Shown: positions 12,321-24,824, counted from the first letter of the whole stretch. The stretch: DNA of 61,767 nt, filler included, from Basidiobolus ranarum (GCA_040143965.1; 20 parts of 20 records of this genome joined end to end with filler, not necessarily neighbours in it), one strand, 5' to 3'. The notes: generated from the letters alone by a model not told the origin. Made by a program: numbers and translations.

Positions 12321-12600
12321 NNNNNNNNNNNNNNNNNNNNNNNNNNNNNNNNNNNNNNNNNNNNTTAATTAATTAANNNNNNNNNNNNNNNNNNNNNNNN
12401 NNNNNNNNNNNNNNNNNNNNAGACATTCATTCCACTGCTGGGTGGGGCTGATGATGGGTGAAATATGAGGTGATTTGGAGATGTGTAGAGAAAATACTGA
12501 AAATTGGTAAAAGTGATCAAGTTGCTATTTCTATCAATCACACAAAAAAACATGATTTTTAATGGAAGAATTGAGTACTAAATATATGAGTTGCTATTTA

Positions 12601-15319
12601 TGTCACCTTCAAAATCCCTGGTTTCTTTGAGATACTTTCCTGGATATTTTTATCAAGGTTTTTCATACCCAAGGTTTGGTGTATATCTGACCAAAGTTGG
12701 TTTAAATATCTCTATCAAAGCCCACCATTGTATTAACATTGCTGATTCAGCATTCTTCCAGCTCTCTGGTGATTATCCTGCAAAATTGTGCAACTCTGTA
12801 TCAAGTTCTTGCCAGATATCTGCACAATCAACACCAGACTGATTGTCAAGTTGAGTTTTATTTTTCTGAAGACACTTTTGGCATACTTGCATTGTGTTTT
12901 TCCTCTCCTACTTTTTACAACACTTTACCAACACTTTTACTATTTTTATACATCCATGTAGTGTGACACTACTCAGTGTGTATTGTGGTGTTTGGGTGGC
13001 TTTTTGCTGTCTTTAAGTTTTGGGTGAATTTTGACACTTAGAAAAGTTCCACTTGAGGTTGGAAAGACAGGAGTTTTGTTACCTAGTACTTTTGCTTATG
13101 CAGGGATACTACTTGGTTGCACAGTAAAATCAAGCTTTTTTGCCATTATGTCTGACTTTGACAATGGGGAACTTAGAATTGATGTGAAGAATTTGATAAA
13201 TGGAAGAGCAGGGTTGAAAATTACTGGCTCCTTTGCTTTTCCCTTGGGTTTACTCACTTCCTGCTCCTTAAGTGCTTCTTTAGATGTTTTCTGTCTTTTC
13301 AAGGTGGATAACTTTGTACATTTTTGAGGTGTCTCATTTTAGGTCAATTCTAGCCTAATTGGCATTTGCTTGCAAAAACCAGGTTATGCTACATAAAATA
13401 AGTAAAAAATCTTCTGAGTAATGACCAGTCTTTGTCTTTTTCATAATAGGCTCAAATCAAGATGATTTTGGTCAAGATTCCATACAGTTTCCAAAATGTT
13501 GAATCATTCATCATCAGTGCAAGTGATAGCAGCTCTGACATATAGAGTCTTCTGGTTTTGGGTTTTCTTATGAGATTTCTACTTTCATGTGGCCAAGCAA
13601 TATTGAGCTGTTTCATAGGCTTAATGGTCCAGTACATATTCTGCTCTGGTCAATTGTTACAACGACTTTAGTATGTGTGGTGTGGGATTGATTGAAGTCC
13701 CATATGAGAATGGATGGAGGGAACAGCATGTGACTGTAACTCAAGTGCAGCATTTTGAAGGGCTTATATCACTGCTGAGTAACTCTATAACTCACAACTA
13801 GGTGCTTCTGAATGCTACATCAATTGAAATATTGCTGTGCTATTGCTTGTCATGGCCTGTATTGCAACTTTATAATTTTTACTCATGATCACATATAAAT
13901 GAGTATGATGTTCTGCCTGAGATTCCCTGATTGTAATGACTGTATCAAAAATTCCTCGGAGGGGTGTTCAATAGTTTGCAAAGTAGATATTTTGGAAGTT
14001 TATGGTCTTGACAGTATTTCTGTTGAATCTTGCTCAACTCTTGATTTACTATGTAACCAAGGGATTGTAATCTCCTCTGTTGTTCTGTTACTAGAAAGGA
14101 GCACAGCTGGTAAATTGATCATGCCTGAGTGTTACTTGAGTCAGTTCCTGGTATATTAGTGCCTTCCAACTTGGATAGCAGAGTGCTAGCCTGCTCATCA
14201 ATTGAGTCTTCCAACCTTGCTGCTTTTTCCTCCACTGACAGCAGGCTTTTGCTTGGAGGCCAATTTTCAATCAGATTTTGGAAGCTCTTCCAATGGTTAC
14301 AATATAATTAGATGTTAAATTTGGTACAATGAAATTGCTTACAAACAACTTAACATAAACCAAAGTTGCCATTGGTCAAGGGAAACATCTTGTAGATCCC
14401 TTGATGACTCATCTGTGAAACCATCTCAGAATTGGCTGATGATATTGATTGGTTATATCCAAAATACCACCCTTAAATGGTGGAGTTCCTTTTTCACAAA
14501 TATCCTTCATGGGCCACAACACAAAAATTTGAAGAAGCCTTGCATATAATGTCATAAATTCCTATGCTATGAAAGCCAGAGGCTTTACATAAATATCATG
14601 CACAAGAAAGCTCACTGTTCAAAGCCACCAGCTGCATAAAGCCTGGTGGGTATAACAAGTAATAAGTGCACAAAAACAATTTTAGTTTTGCTCACCAAGT
14701 CCAATAGCTGTGCTTTTCCTCAAAGTTTTGTTAACATTGCTGAAAGTCAAGATATCATGGAGTTACCTCAGTTATAAGACCAGAATGATGTAAGTTGAAG
14801 TGCAAGTTTGGTTAAGACAGTAGGTGCAGAAATCTTTGAGGACATGCTGCTAGATGTTGACCTTGGAAATCCCAGTGTGGATGGCAGTATATCAGGAGAT
14901 GTTGGTTCTGTTGCATACTCTTTGTTATTGGTAAGCATCAGTTCACCCATAACACTCAGAGTCAAGGAAGCAATATTGGTTATTGAGGAGTGGAGAGTTC
15001 AATCTAATGTTAGCAACCAGGTGTTCACTAGTTTTCTTGACTTTTACCAAAGTTGATTGGCAACTATTGCTTGCCACAGACCTGTTACAAGTTAAAACAC
15101 TGTCAATTGTATAATAAGTAATCATTTAGTAATTAAACTACATGGATATCCAAATGGTTGTTTGGCATTCACAGATGATCTGAAAAACCTGAAGTGATGT
15201 ATTGCTTGCACACAATTTGTAAGCACTGAATCTGGTAAGTATAGCTCATATTTGGCATACATACTGCTGATACCTTGCCTTTAAGCATTGAGGAAATCAC
15301 TTAAATATATATCATTGAT
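12601..15319 (+). mobile_element. Internal part of the CACTA/CMC-type element: accessory ORF remnant on - (~12600-14300) and transposase N-terminus on + (~14510-15319)
   Basis: 12601-12855 matches the reverse complement of the left-end copy 31015-31270. 14390-15310 matches 24825-25780. Confidence 0.7.
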
Positions 15320-15422
15320 CCCTAACAAAAATAAAATCGATTTGATCCGGATCGGATCCACCCTCCGAAATAGCAAAACCGTCAGAGAACCGTCACAATA
15401 TCGTTGGCTTGCATTCTGCCAG
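15320..15422 (-). mobile_element. Right terminus (TIR CCCTAACAAAAAT) of a young CACTA-type copy inserted into an older copy
   Basis: The same terminus occurs at 23439, 24164, 34806, 54924, 57553 and 58196. This copy keeps 7 CpGs. Confidence 0.8.
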
Positions 15423-16059
15423 NNNNNNNNNNNNNNNNNNNNNNNNNNNNNNNNNNNNNNNNNNNNTTAATTAATTAANNNNNNNNNNNNNNNNNNNNNN
15501 NNNNNNNNNNNNNNNNNNNNNNAACTCCCATATATCCAAGCAAGAATTCACAGTGGATACCTGGGCATCTGTAAAATCATTAGATGTGCACTGCTTTGTG
15601 ACACCCACATCTTCATTGAACTGCATGCAAAATTTTGGAAGTGGTGGTTTCCTGTACCAAAGTAGGTTGTGAATGAGGAAGAATCTGTTTTGACATGATA
15701 CATAACGATCATATATATCTATGGTGTTAGACTTTATTGGTTTCAATCAGAAGTAGGGATCTTTTTATATTATTGGATAAAGTGGGAAAGTGAATTTCCT
15801 GTAATGTTATCAAGGATAATGCATTTTGCTTTGAGCCATTTTGGTATGTATACTAAATAAATTGATTTGGATTGAATTATGATCAACTTAGCAGATGCAA
15901 TTTATTATATAACTTCCATGCAATCACATATAATCAAAATAATTAGGATAATAAATGAAAACAGAAATTTTATTATACAGAATGTAGGGAATTTTACCAT
16001 GATAACTGTAATTCTTAGATAAATAACTCACATGTGCCAGATTGATCAGTAATGTGCTA

Positions 16060-16950
16060 GCTCAATACAAGATTAATAACATGCTCACCATCTACTCTAA
16101 ATGGTCATTCCTCATTAATCCAATAGCAACTACTGGCTTTCCTATAATCACCCTAGAAGCTATATTTGAGCAATACCATGGCTCATATACTCCAATACAC
16201 ACCAGAAAGCAGCTAGTCAATTTGTTTTGTTACTACAAAAACTATTGTCTAATCAGATTTCAGTGCACTATTAATGGTAGCTAAGGTGGGAGCAGCTTCC
16301 ATACCAGGCTTCAAGTAAGTGAGAATTATCTAGCTTCAGTGATGAATGATGTTGAAGATGCCAGGAAAAAAGATTGAGAGACTCTAATTTCCTTCCATTT
16401 CCTGGAGTATTTCCCAATAGAGTTCATATCAGAAGTACTCTTGACACATTTCCAGTCAGAGTTAACAGGCCCAAAAGCAACCAAAAGCTATTCTATTCTG
16501 TCATGTACAAAGCCCACAGTGTAAAGTTCCTGGTGTTGACAGATTAAGAAGGAAACATCATTTGGTTTAGTGGGCCAGATCCAGGGAGACACTATGACAA
16601 AAGGCTTTGGGTTGAGAGGCATGCACTTTTTGTAAGATGTGAGAAGACTTTGGCTAATTTGGCATATGTTGGGGAAGAATGCAGAAGGCTAGGATGTTTT
16701 GCAGCTAACAAGAGGCCCAGAGGAGGGATACTCACAGAGAGGCAAAAGCTTTATATTGACATTTTTTCCCATTTTGGAGCTAGAGTAGAACATAGATTTA
16801 GTTTCCTAAAGAGATATAAAATTATAGCAGGAAAGTATAGAGGAAAATCATTTTTTGGGCCTCAATCAAAGTTAGGCAAAGTAGTCAAAATCTTGATTAA
16901 TTTGCAATAGTTCCATGCTCAAAGATATCCATTGGGAGCTCTAGACTTAT
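16060..16950 (+). mobile_element. DDE_Tnp_4 (PIF/Harbinger-ISL2EU/IS5-like) transposase pseudogene
   Basis: Reads LDTFPVRVNRP...YS..YKAHSVKFLVLTD*EGNIIWFSGPDPGRHYD...LANLAY...KRPRGGILTERQKLY...RVEHRFSFLKRYKII...YRG, with an in-frame stop. Confidence 0.8.
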
Positions 16951-18017
16951 GAAACTATGAATAAAGCTTTCATCATCATTTGAATGTGTAATAATATCTA
17001 AAAGTACTTTTCCTAAATATACCACATAAGTAAAATAAGCTGTTTCCAAAATAGTAAATAACATTGTGCCAGATAGTGCTCAATGATGCCAATTTTTGCA
17101 GGCAAACTTTTTAGCTGGCCTGATCTGGCTCAATAAAATAGAACAAGTCTAATAGCTTGAAGACTTTCTGAGAAAAGATTATTTCTGACAATAGAACTAT
17201 CAAGAATTTAAATACTTAGAGGGTAGAAAAAACTCTGATGGCTTCTCTAACTTGAAGTCTGAAGAAAGAGACATAATTCTTTTGAGATTGGCAAAGACTT
17301 TGATTAAGAGTGCAGTATATTATATGGCTGTAAAAGTGAAGATAACAATGAAAGAATCTGAACTGCAATCTTCAATAGTCAAGCCTAGTAGAGTTGCAAT
17401 AGAAAGCCTTATTATCCTACTATGATACAGGGTAAAATATGTAGTTAAAGAAAGAATAAAGAATATGATGCAGTTTTGGATGGTGCTAAGGCTTGAAGTT
17501 TCTTACCAGGGTGAAGGGTTGCTTACATAGAGAAATAGCTGAGATTAAATGCTATGAATTGACAGCTGGGTATTAATGCCATGGGCGGTTGTCTTAGCAT
17601 TGAAGTGCCAACAAGATCACTAATTCAGCAGTTGTGGCTTTGAAACACTGAAGATATAAGCATCAAGTACTGTTGCAGCTCTGTGCAGAATATGAAGAGA
17701 ATCCATTGGCTGGTTCAAAAGTTAGCACTAATTTTCTGAGCATCTCAAGGTCTTGAATTCTTATGTTCTGAATAAATGCTAGTGTTGATTTTTGTGTTGA
17801 CAATTATGAAATGGTTGTAGCTCCATCAGTAATTGATCTAATATTATAATACTTGTATGGTTGCAAAGCTCTAATTCAGGAGTCTATGATTGCTTTTAGA
17901 AGTACTGTAATCAATAAGGTACTGATGTGACTTTGCACAATTGATTATTTTTATCTGTTTCTTGATCTGTAAGAATATTATAACTTAGCAGTAGATAACA
18001 TTCTTCCTGCCTACTAT

Positions 18018-18523
18018 GTGCAAGTTTTTGTTCAAATATTTCCAACACTTAATACTGCAATATTGCAATTAATGCAGTATTCCAAAGCAACAAGCCAACA
18101 GCTCAAGAGTAACTCAACAATGATACAAGACTTTGAGAATGCTGTTCTTCAGCTACAGCAACATACTTCTTCCTCCATGCATTCTCATACAGGATTTCAA
18201 TCAATCCCTCACCATACAAAGATCTGTACTTCCAGAGTCAGATATACTGCAAAAAAGCTTAATTTCACCATGGAGCAAGGTACAGCAGTTGGGAGAGCAC
18301 TAGATATGGAAGTCTATCCAATACCTGGCACCTTTTGACAAGCCAAAACATCAGCAAATAAAACTCAAAACTCTTCAACCTCAACTAGTGTTTCTCAAAG
18401 TGTTGAAATTAGCCCCAAACTTCAAGGCAAGCAAAAAGCCACACAAACACCACAAAGCACCCTCAGTAGTGTCACACTTCAAGGACATATAAAAATAGCA
18501 AAGTGCTTGAAGATTATCCTCAA
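18018..18523 (+). mobile_element. Remnant related to the CACTA-type accessory ORF
   Basis: 18425-18505 matches the reverse complement of ~12935-13015. Confidence 0.45.
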
Positions 18524-18623
18524 NNNNNNNNNNNNNNNNNNNNNNNNNNNNNNNNNNNNNNNNNNNNTTAATTAATTAANNNNNNNNNNNNNNNNNNNNN
18601 NNNNNNNNNNNNNNNNNNNNNNN

Positions 18624-19645
18624 GATTTTTCAAACTTGTGCTAGAAGCCCCAAACTTTGCACACATGTTCCTGGGACCTTCCTTAACATATTCTACATGT
18701 TAGTTTGTTTATATCTTGACAAAACTATAAATGTGAACTTTCTACTCAAAAAATCAATAAGTGAAAACCATCAATTTCTCTAATTCTCCAAACCACTTCC
18801 AACAGGCTCCCAAATACTTAAACAGGTAATGAGCCCCAAGCTTGCACTCTCTGTAATGTCTACTTCTCAAATTTCTGGAACTTTTCCCTCTTGCGAAAAA
18901 TTGGGTGGATCCAATTTTCAGGTTTGGAATACCAAAATGAAATGCTATAGCAAGAAAACATACTTTTGGACACTGTTGTAGGCAAAGAAAACAATGCAAA
19001 GCTATCTGAAACCAATGCTTTACTCCAGGCTAATAAGAACAAAGTGCTTTTTTTTACCCAATTTGTCTCATGTTAAGTTCAAATTGCTAATCCAATGTTC
19101 AATAGCCAAAACTACCAAGAAGGTATTAAAAGCTTTGGAAGACAGCTACCAAACATGTTCTGCTGCCAACAAGATATTTTTAAGATGACAATTCTTAAAG
19201 TTAATGATGAAGCTATGAGAAGACATTAAATCACTAGTTAATAGAGTGGCTAGTTTAGTGCTTGAAATGTAATTCATTGGAGTATCTACTACAGATGAGA
19301 ATATCATAGTTATAGTCCTGAATAGCCTGCCACATGAGTTTCAGAGCCTAGTAATGGCTCTAGAATAGGAACTGAAAATTTGACCTTAAATTATGTACTT
19401 GCCAGACTTCTAGATGAAGATTTATGCAAATTGCAATCCAACCAAAGGAATGAATAAAATACATTAATAGGCTATGGGAAACCGTCCTACATAGATCAAT
19501 AGCACTTTAAAAAGAAAAGTAACACATGCTGTGATTACTGTAAAAGAATTGGCTATTTATACAAAGATTACTTCAAAAGAATTGCAGAAGAAAAACTTAA
19601 CAAATACAGAAATGTAGTTATAACAGAAGATCACTTGTTCATATC
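18624..19645 (+). mobile_element. Copia family B: 5' LTR end (18624-18824), PBS (18825-18837), degenerate gag with CCHC knuckle
   Basis: Junction ...AAACA|GGTAATGAGCCCC; gag includes CDYCKRIG. Confidence 0.85.
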
Positions 19646-21624
19646 AAATTTCTATTTTGGTTAGGGGGTTAATTTTAATTCCAGAAATTAGGTGATTTCT
19701 GAACATTTTGCTCAAATAATCAAATCCAATATGGCCAAATCTCTTATTCAATAATTGAATAGCTTCTTGATTGTAATCACTTATATTTACATGTAAACTT
19801 CTTGGATTATATATAGGTTTGTATAAGTTCTTATCCATTTCTCCCAAAGCTAAATAATTCCCATTTTCATCAGTGATGGTGTATCATGACTTATCAAAAT
19901 TGAATTATAGCCCATCTGAGGTGACCTTACATAAAAATATTAAATTCTTGCCAATACCTGGAGCATGTAGTACAACTATAAAAGTATACACTTTCTTCAG
20001 AAGCTCTGGTTAAATTGAATTGAATTGTTCTCATTCCAATGGCATCTAATGTACAGTCATCTATCTGCAAAACTTTTCTAATTGGGAATTCTTCATAATC
20101 CACAAAGCAATGTTTTTCATTTGTGAAATGTTGGGAGGCTCCAGAATCAATTTGTCACATCTGAGAATCCTTGTTGGTAGTCATAGATAGAGCAGATATG
20201 AACAAGTGATCTTCTGTTGTTACCACATTCCAAGATTCAATGTGTTTTCTTCCTTTGCAATTCTTTTAAAGCCATCTTTGCTTAAATGGCCAGTTCTTTT
20301 ACAGTAATCACACAATGTGTTACTTTTCCTCTTACAGTGCTTTTGACCTTTATAGGAAGGTTTGGTTACTTTCTTCTTATAGAGCTTTTGACCCTTATGG
20401 GGAGGTTTTACATAGCCTATTAAAGCATTTTCTTTATTCTTTTGGTTGGATTCCAATATCTGTAAATCTTCATCCTGAAGTCTGCCAAATACATAATTTA
20501 AGATCACATTTACAGTTCTTGTTTCAAAAGCCATTACTAGGCTCTGAAACTTGTGTGGCTGGCTACCAAGGACTACAACTATGATATCTTGATCAGTAGT
20601 AGGTACTCTAATGCATTCCATTTCATCCACTAAAATAGTGACTCTATTGATTAGTGATTTAATGTCTTCTCTTGGCTTCTTCTTTAAGTTGGAGAATTGT
20701 CTTAGAAATATTTATACAAATTGCATTAAGGGCACTTTGTTCCTTCTTTGTTAAAGTATTTGAGAGCCTGTTGAAAGTGGCTTGGAGAATTAAAAGTATT
20801 GGTGGTTTTCACATATTGATTTATTGAGCAGAAAGTTGACATTTAAAGTTTTGTCAAGTTGTACACAAACCAACATGTAAAATGTGTTAAGGAAGGTCCC
20901 AGCAACATGTATTCAAAGTTTGGGGCTTCTAGCACAAGTTTGAAAAATCTATATATCTGAGAACTTCCAAGTTGATAAAAATATTCTAGGTAAATTCCAA
21001 TTGAGAATGATGGATAATATCTTAATGAATTAAGTTAAGTTAAGATTTGTCTCCATTGGCATAGATACTAGATTGCATTCTTCCATTTTAAACTTCTTTA
21101 GTATATCTAGGATATACTTAGACTGGTTTAATGTTGCTGTTTTGATAGTTCTATCTATCTTAATTTGGATCCCAAGATAGTATGTCAGTTCACTAACATT
21201 GGTCATTTTGAATTTGGCTGATAAGCTGGATTTGGTTCTCTCCAAAGTCTTTGAGTCATTGGTTGCTATAATAATGTCATCAACATATAAGGATAATAAA
21301 ACTGGGTTTGTCTTATCTGGCCTGAAGTAGATACTAAAGTCAGCATTGCTCTTTTGAAATTTGAGTGTTTCCCAAAAAGTGACTATGTTGCTATTCCAAG
21401 CTCTTGAAGATTGGTTTAAGCCATAGAGTGTTTTCAAGAGTCTGCAAAGCTTTTTGAAGGTTTTTTGGGTCCACAAATCCATCTGACTAGTCCATATGAA
21501 TCTCCTCAGCAGGCACAACATTCAAAAAAGCAGCTTTAAATTTCATTTGATATATAATACACTGATAATCAGCTGGAATTGCTGATATCAATCTATTGTA
21601 GTAAAACTTTGCTACAGGAGCAAA
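19646..21624 (-). mobile_element. Copia family B, scrambled: RT (21030-21624), partial LTR (20749-21030), gag interior, protease, GAG-pre-integrase
   Basis: RT LYGLNQSSRAW...LYVDDII; gag CDYCKRTGH; protease IDSGASQH; R.GHIG motif. Confidence 0.85.
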
Positions 21625-21724
21625 NNNNNNNNNNNNNNNNNNNNNNNNNNNNNNNNNNNNNNNNNNNNTTAATTAATTAANNNNNNNNNNNNNNNNNNNN
21701 NNNNNNNNNNNNNNNNNNNNNNNN

Positions 21725-21855
21725 TGAAACTGAAAAAATTGATTAAAATCAAATCTAACTTGACAATTTTATGAAGGTAAGTAAACAGTCAACCCCAAAT
21801 GGATTAAAATTGTGATGGTTTTCCTACAATAACAATCCTCAAATTTCTATTAGGG
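21725..21855 (-). mobile_element. Left terminus of the CACTA-type element (...AAATTTCTATTAGGG)
   Basis: The same ~130-bp end occurs at 31396-31526 and 56072-56202, each with different flanking DNA. Confidence 0.75.
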
Positions 21856-22239
21856 TAAAGTATAAAGATGAGCCATATCTTTTAAATAAAAATCATCCTG
21901 GCTTTCAACTAACATTTACTACTTGTGCTCATACCTTATGTTCATCACCACTTACAAGACCGTTGAAGAGGAAGCTCAAGAGAGACTGCTAGAAACAGTT
22001 ACAGGCTATTGTGTGACTAGAAAGGACTTGACTGGCTCAAAGGAAGTACCGACAAGTAGGTATTATGTTTCTGATACTTTATATTTTGTTCTCAACTTTG
22101 TCTGCATAGACAAGGAACTTTTCTTATCTTTGGATAAAGCACTACCAGTGCATCCTTGTTCAAGACCCTGCTGGCTAAGTTTACAGTTGTTTTTGATGCG
22201 ATATACTCTTTTCATCTGATCATTCCCAAAGGATGTTGA

Positions 22240-22495
22240 AGCCAGTTTATTCTTTTGTCAGGTGCTGGCATATTATCCAACAGAAAGCTGGACATTGCAT
22301 TGTGATTTATTAGTCCTTATACATTTCTAAATGCTTGATTCCCTTTCACAAAGACCCAAGAGACAAGAGACAGACCCATATTTCAGTACATCCCAGAGTT
22401 ATTCAACTGTGATTATTATACACTTTGGATGCTTCACAAAGCCCTTAAGACATTGCAGTTATAGTTACTGTTTACACCCTAAAACAACTACAGCA
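22240..22495. repeat. Unclassified dispersed repeat (second copy ~52150-52410)
   Basis: Shared CAACAGAAAGCTGGACATTGCATTGTG...CAAAGACCCAAGAGACAAGAGACAGACCCATA. Confidence 0.75.
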
Positions 22496-22496
22496 C

Positions 22497-23439
22497 ATCT
22501 GTGGTGAAATCATGCTCTGTGCAAAGTCATTAGTATTACCATATGCTAATTTGATTAACATTTTATCAGCAAAATCTGCAATGGATGTACTGCAATGGAT
22601 TAAGCAGACTCCAGAGTACATTAACCTTCCAATACCGGGCCTGTTTCAGTGTGCTCATGGGTTTTTGCATTGCTTGAGCACAATAACAGCAACAAAATCC
22701 AATCCATGGACATAGAGTAAGTATCTCTATAATCCAGACTAATTTGTTTGTGTGATAATCCGACTGTAAATCTAGGAAAGCTGCAAGACAGACTTCTTAG
22801 TGAGATAAATCAAGATATGGAGTATTATTTTTTTAGCCATGGAGCAATCTATTCAAGAAATGACACATCTACTTGAGGTAGTAATGAATTCTTTAAGGAA
22901 ATTTGCCAAAATCCGAGAGCTTATTCTCATTGTGAATGATAACAAGAGTCAGCTATTTGTCCAGTGTCAGTGCTATTCAAAATTTCAGATGTTTAGCAAT
23001 TCTTCCACCATTAGTGTGCTGGTAAACCATATTGCTGTTGTTGTGTTATGTCTGATCAGTCAAGTATGTGCCTATGTAGAGACTAAATACAATCAGATTC
23101 TTGTATTTTTTTTCTCATTGTGGCTGGAATAAAAAGCCAAAAAAATATAAATAAAAGCATGCATATTAATTCAAGTTCCTAAGGCAGTAAACCCAGCAAT
23201 TTGCCATTTGAAAATTAGATTTTTGCAAAAATTGCTGGAAATATAAAAATGCATGCCAAATATGAGGATCAATATTTTAACTTGTATAAATACAGTCAAA
23301 GCACCATCAAGAAACCATAGTGACACCATTAAAATCTCTGGCAGAATGCAAGCCACCAATATTGTGATGGCTATCTAATGGTATTGCAATCCAGGAGGGT
23401 TGATCCAATCTAGATCATGTAGATTTTATTTTTTTAGGG
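22497..23439 (+). mobile_element. 3' part of the CACTA-type element ending in the TIR ...TTTTTAGGG
   Basis: Colinear with 26200-26902 and with the reverse complement of 34806-35780. Confidence 0.8.
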
Positions 23440-24163
23440 ACGTTTGTACATTTGTACTGGTTGAGAGATATTTTTGTTTCAAAATCTATACTTTGATTCC
23501 TAAATTCTTATAAAATTGGAATGAGGCACTTTATCAGCCAAGTTTAGTCCATATCCAACGCAAGTTTGTGGCAGCAACTATATCACAATTATCAATACTA
23601 CAAGTTTAAATGATTCCTCCAGTTTCCTGATGTGTACCCCATAACCTGGTACAACTCTTTGTTAAGTTTGTTGCCAACACCTTTATGGTAAACTCAAGAG
23701 TAAGTTCAAGTTAATTCATATTTTTGGCAAGTAACTGGTTGCATGTTTCTGATGCATTTTGCCTTCAAGCTTTGGGAAGTTTTTTTCAGGTATTTGGTCA
23801 TGTGTCTTATGATTTACTAGCTTGATCCAAGTGAATCTAATCCAGGGTGTTTTAGTGGTTTCTTGGTAGCTTTTATTCAAGCTCTGGTAAAGGTTGAAGA
23901 GCTGTGGATCCTACCTTCTTGTGCTTGAAGTCATTGAGATGTCATAAGAGTTTGATCCAAGTCTGACTTTGATACTTTCCAGCCTGTTTGCATTGTTGTA
24001 TGGCAAGTTCCATCTTTTTTGATGATTCATCCACAAGTATATCAAGCTATGACACTTTCTTCATGTAGCAGTGTGCAGAAATGTGTCATAAGTTGGTATC
24101 TTGAGGGCTCCCTAGTACCTTCATCTTTCCCATTAGCTTACTTGTGTCTTGGTGCTAATGTAT

Positions 24164-24531
24164 CCCTAACAAAAATAAAATCAATTTGATTGGGATTGGA
24201 TCCACCCTTCTGGTTTGCAAAACCAGCAGAGAACCATCACAATATTGGTGGCTTGCATTGTGCCAGGGATCATAATGATGTAATGGCAGCTTCTTGACAG
24301 TATTTGCTTGTGTTGAAATATTGATCCTCATATTTGATATGCATTGTTCAATTTCTGGCAATTTTTGCAAAAATCTAATTTTTGAATGGCAAATTACTGG
24401 GTTTACTGCTATAGAAATTTGAATTAATATGCATGCCTTTAATAAGATATTTTTGGCTTTGTATTCCAGTCATAATGAGAGTCAAAAAATACAAGAATCT
24501 TGTTGTGTTTAGTCACTAAATATGCACATAC
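24164..24531 (-). mobile_element. Right end of the CACTA-type element, inverted relative to 23070-23439
   Basis: Begins CCCTAACAAAAATAAAATC. Confidence 0.8.
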
Positions 24532-24532
24532 C

Positions 24533-24724
24533 TGTGAAATTTCACTTAACTAAAAACTGGAACAGATATTATATATATATGTGAATAATGTGAGAATTAG
24601 CAATTCTAAATTGGAAATTTCAAACTCATCCAATTTACCCCAAAAATAGCTCATTTTACTCCCACAGATGTTCTGAACACAACCCCAGTGTTAGTTTTCT
24701 GTTTATACACCAAAATGTATAAAT
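24533..24724 (+). repeat. Unclassified dispersed repeat D (copies ~59095-59290 on -, degenerate ~30400-30540)
   Basis: Shared GTGAATAATGTGAGAATTAGCAATT...TAGCTCATTTTACTCCCAC...CACAACCCCAGTGT; possibly an LTR. Confidence 0.7.
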
Positions 24725-24824
24725 NNNNNNNNNNNNNNNNNNNNNNNNNNNNNNNNNNNNNNNNNNNNTTAATTAATTAANNNNNNNNNNNNNNNNNNNN
24801 NNNNNNNNNNNNNNNNNNNNNNNN

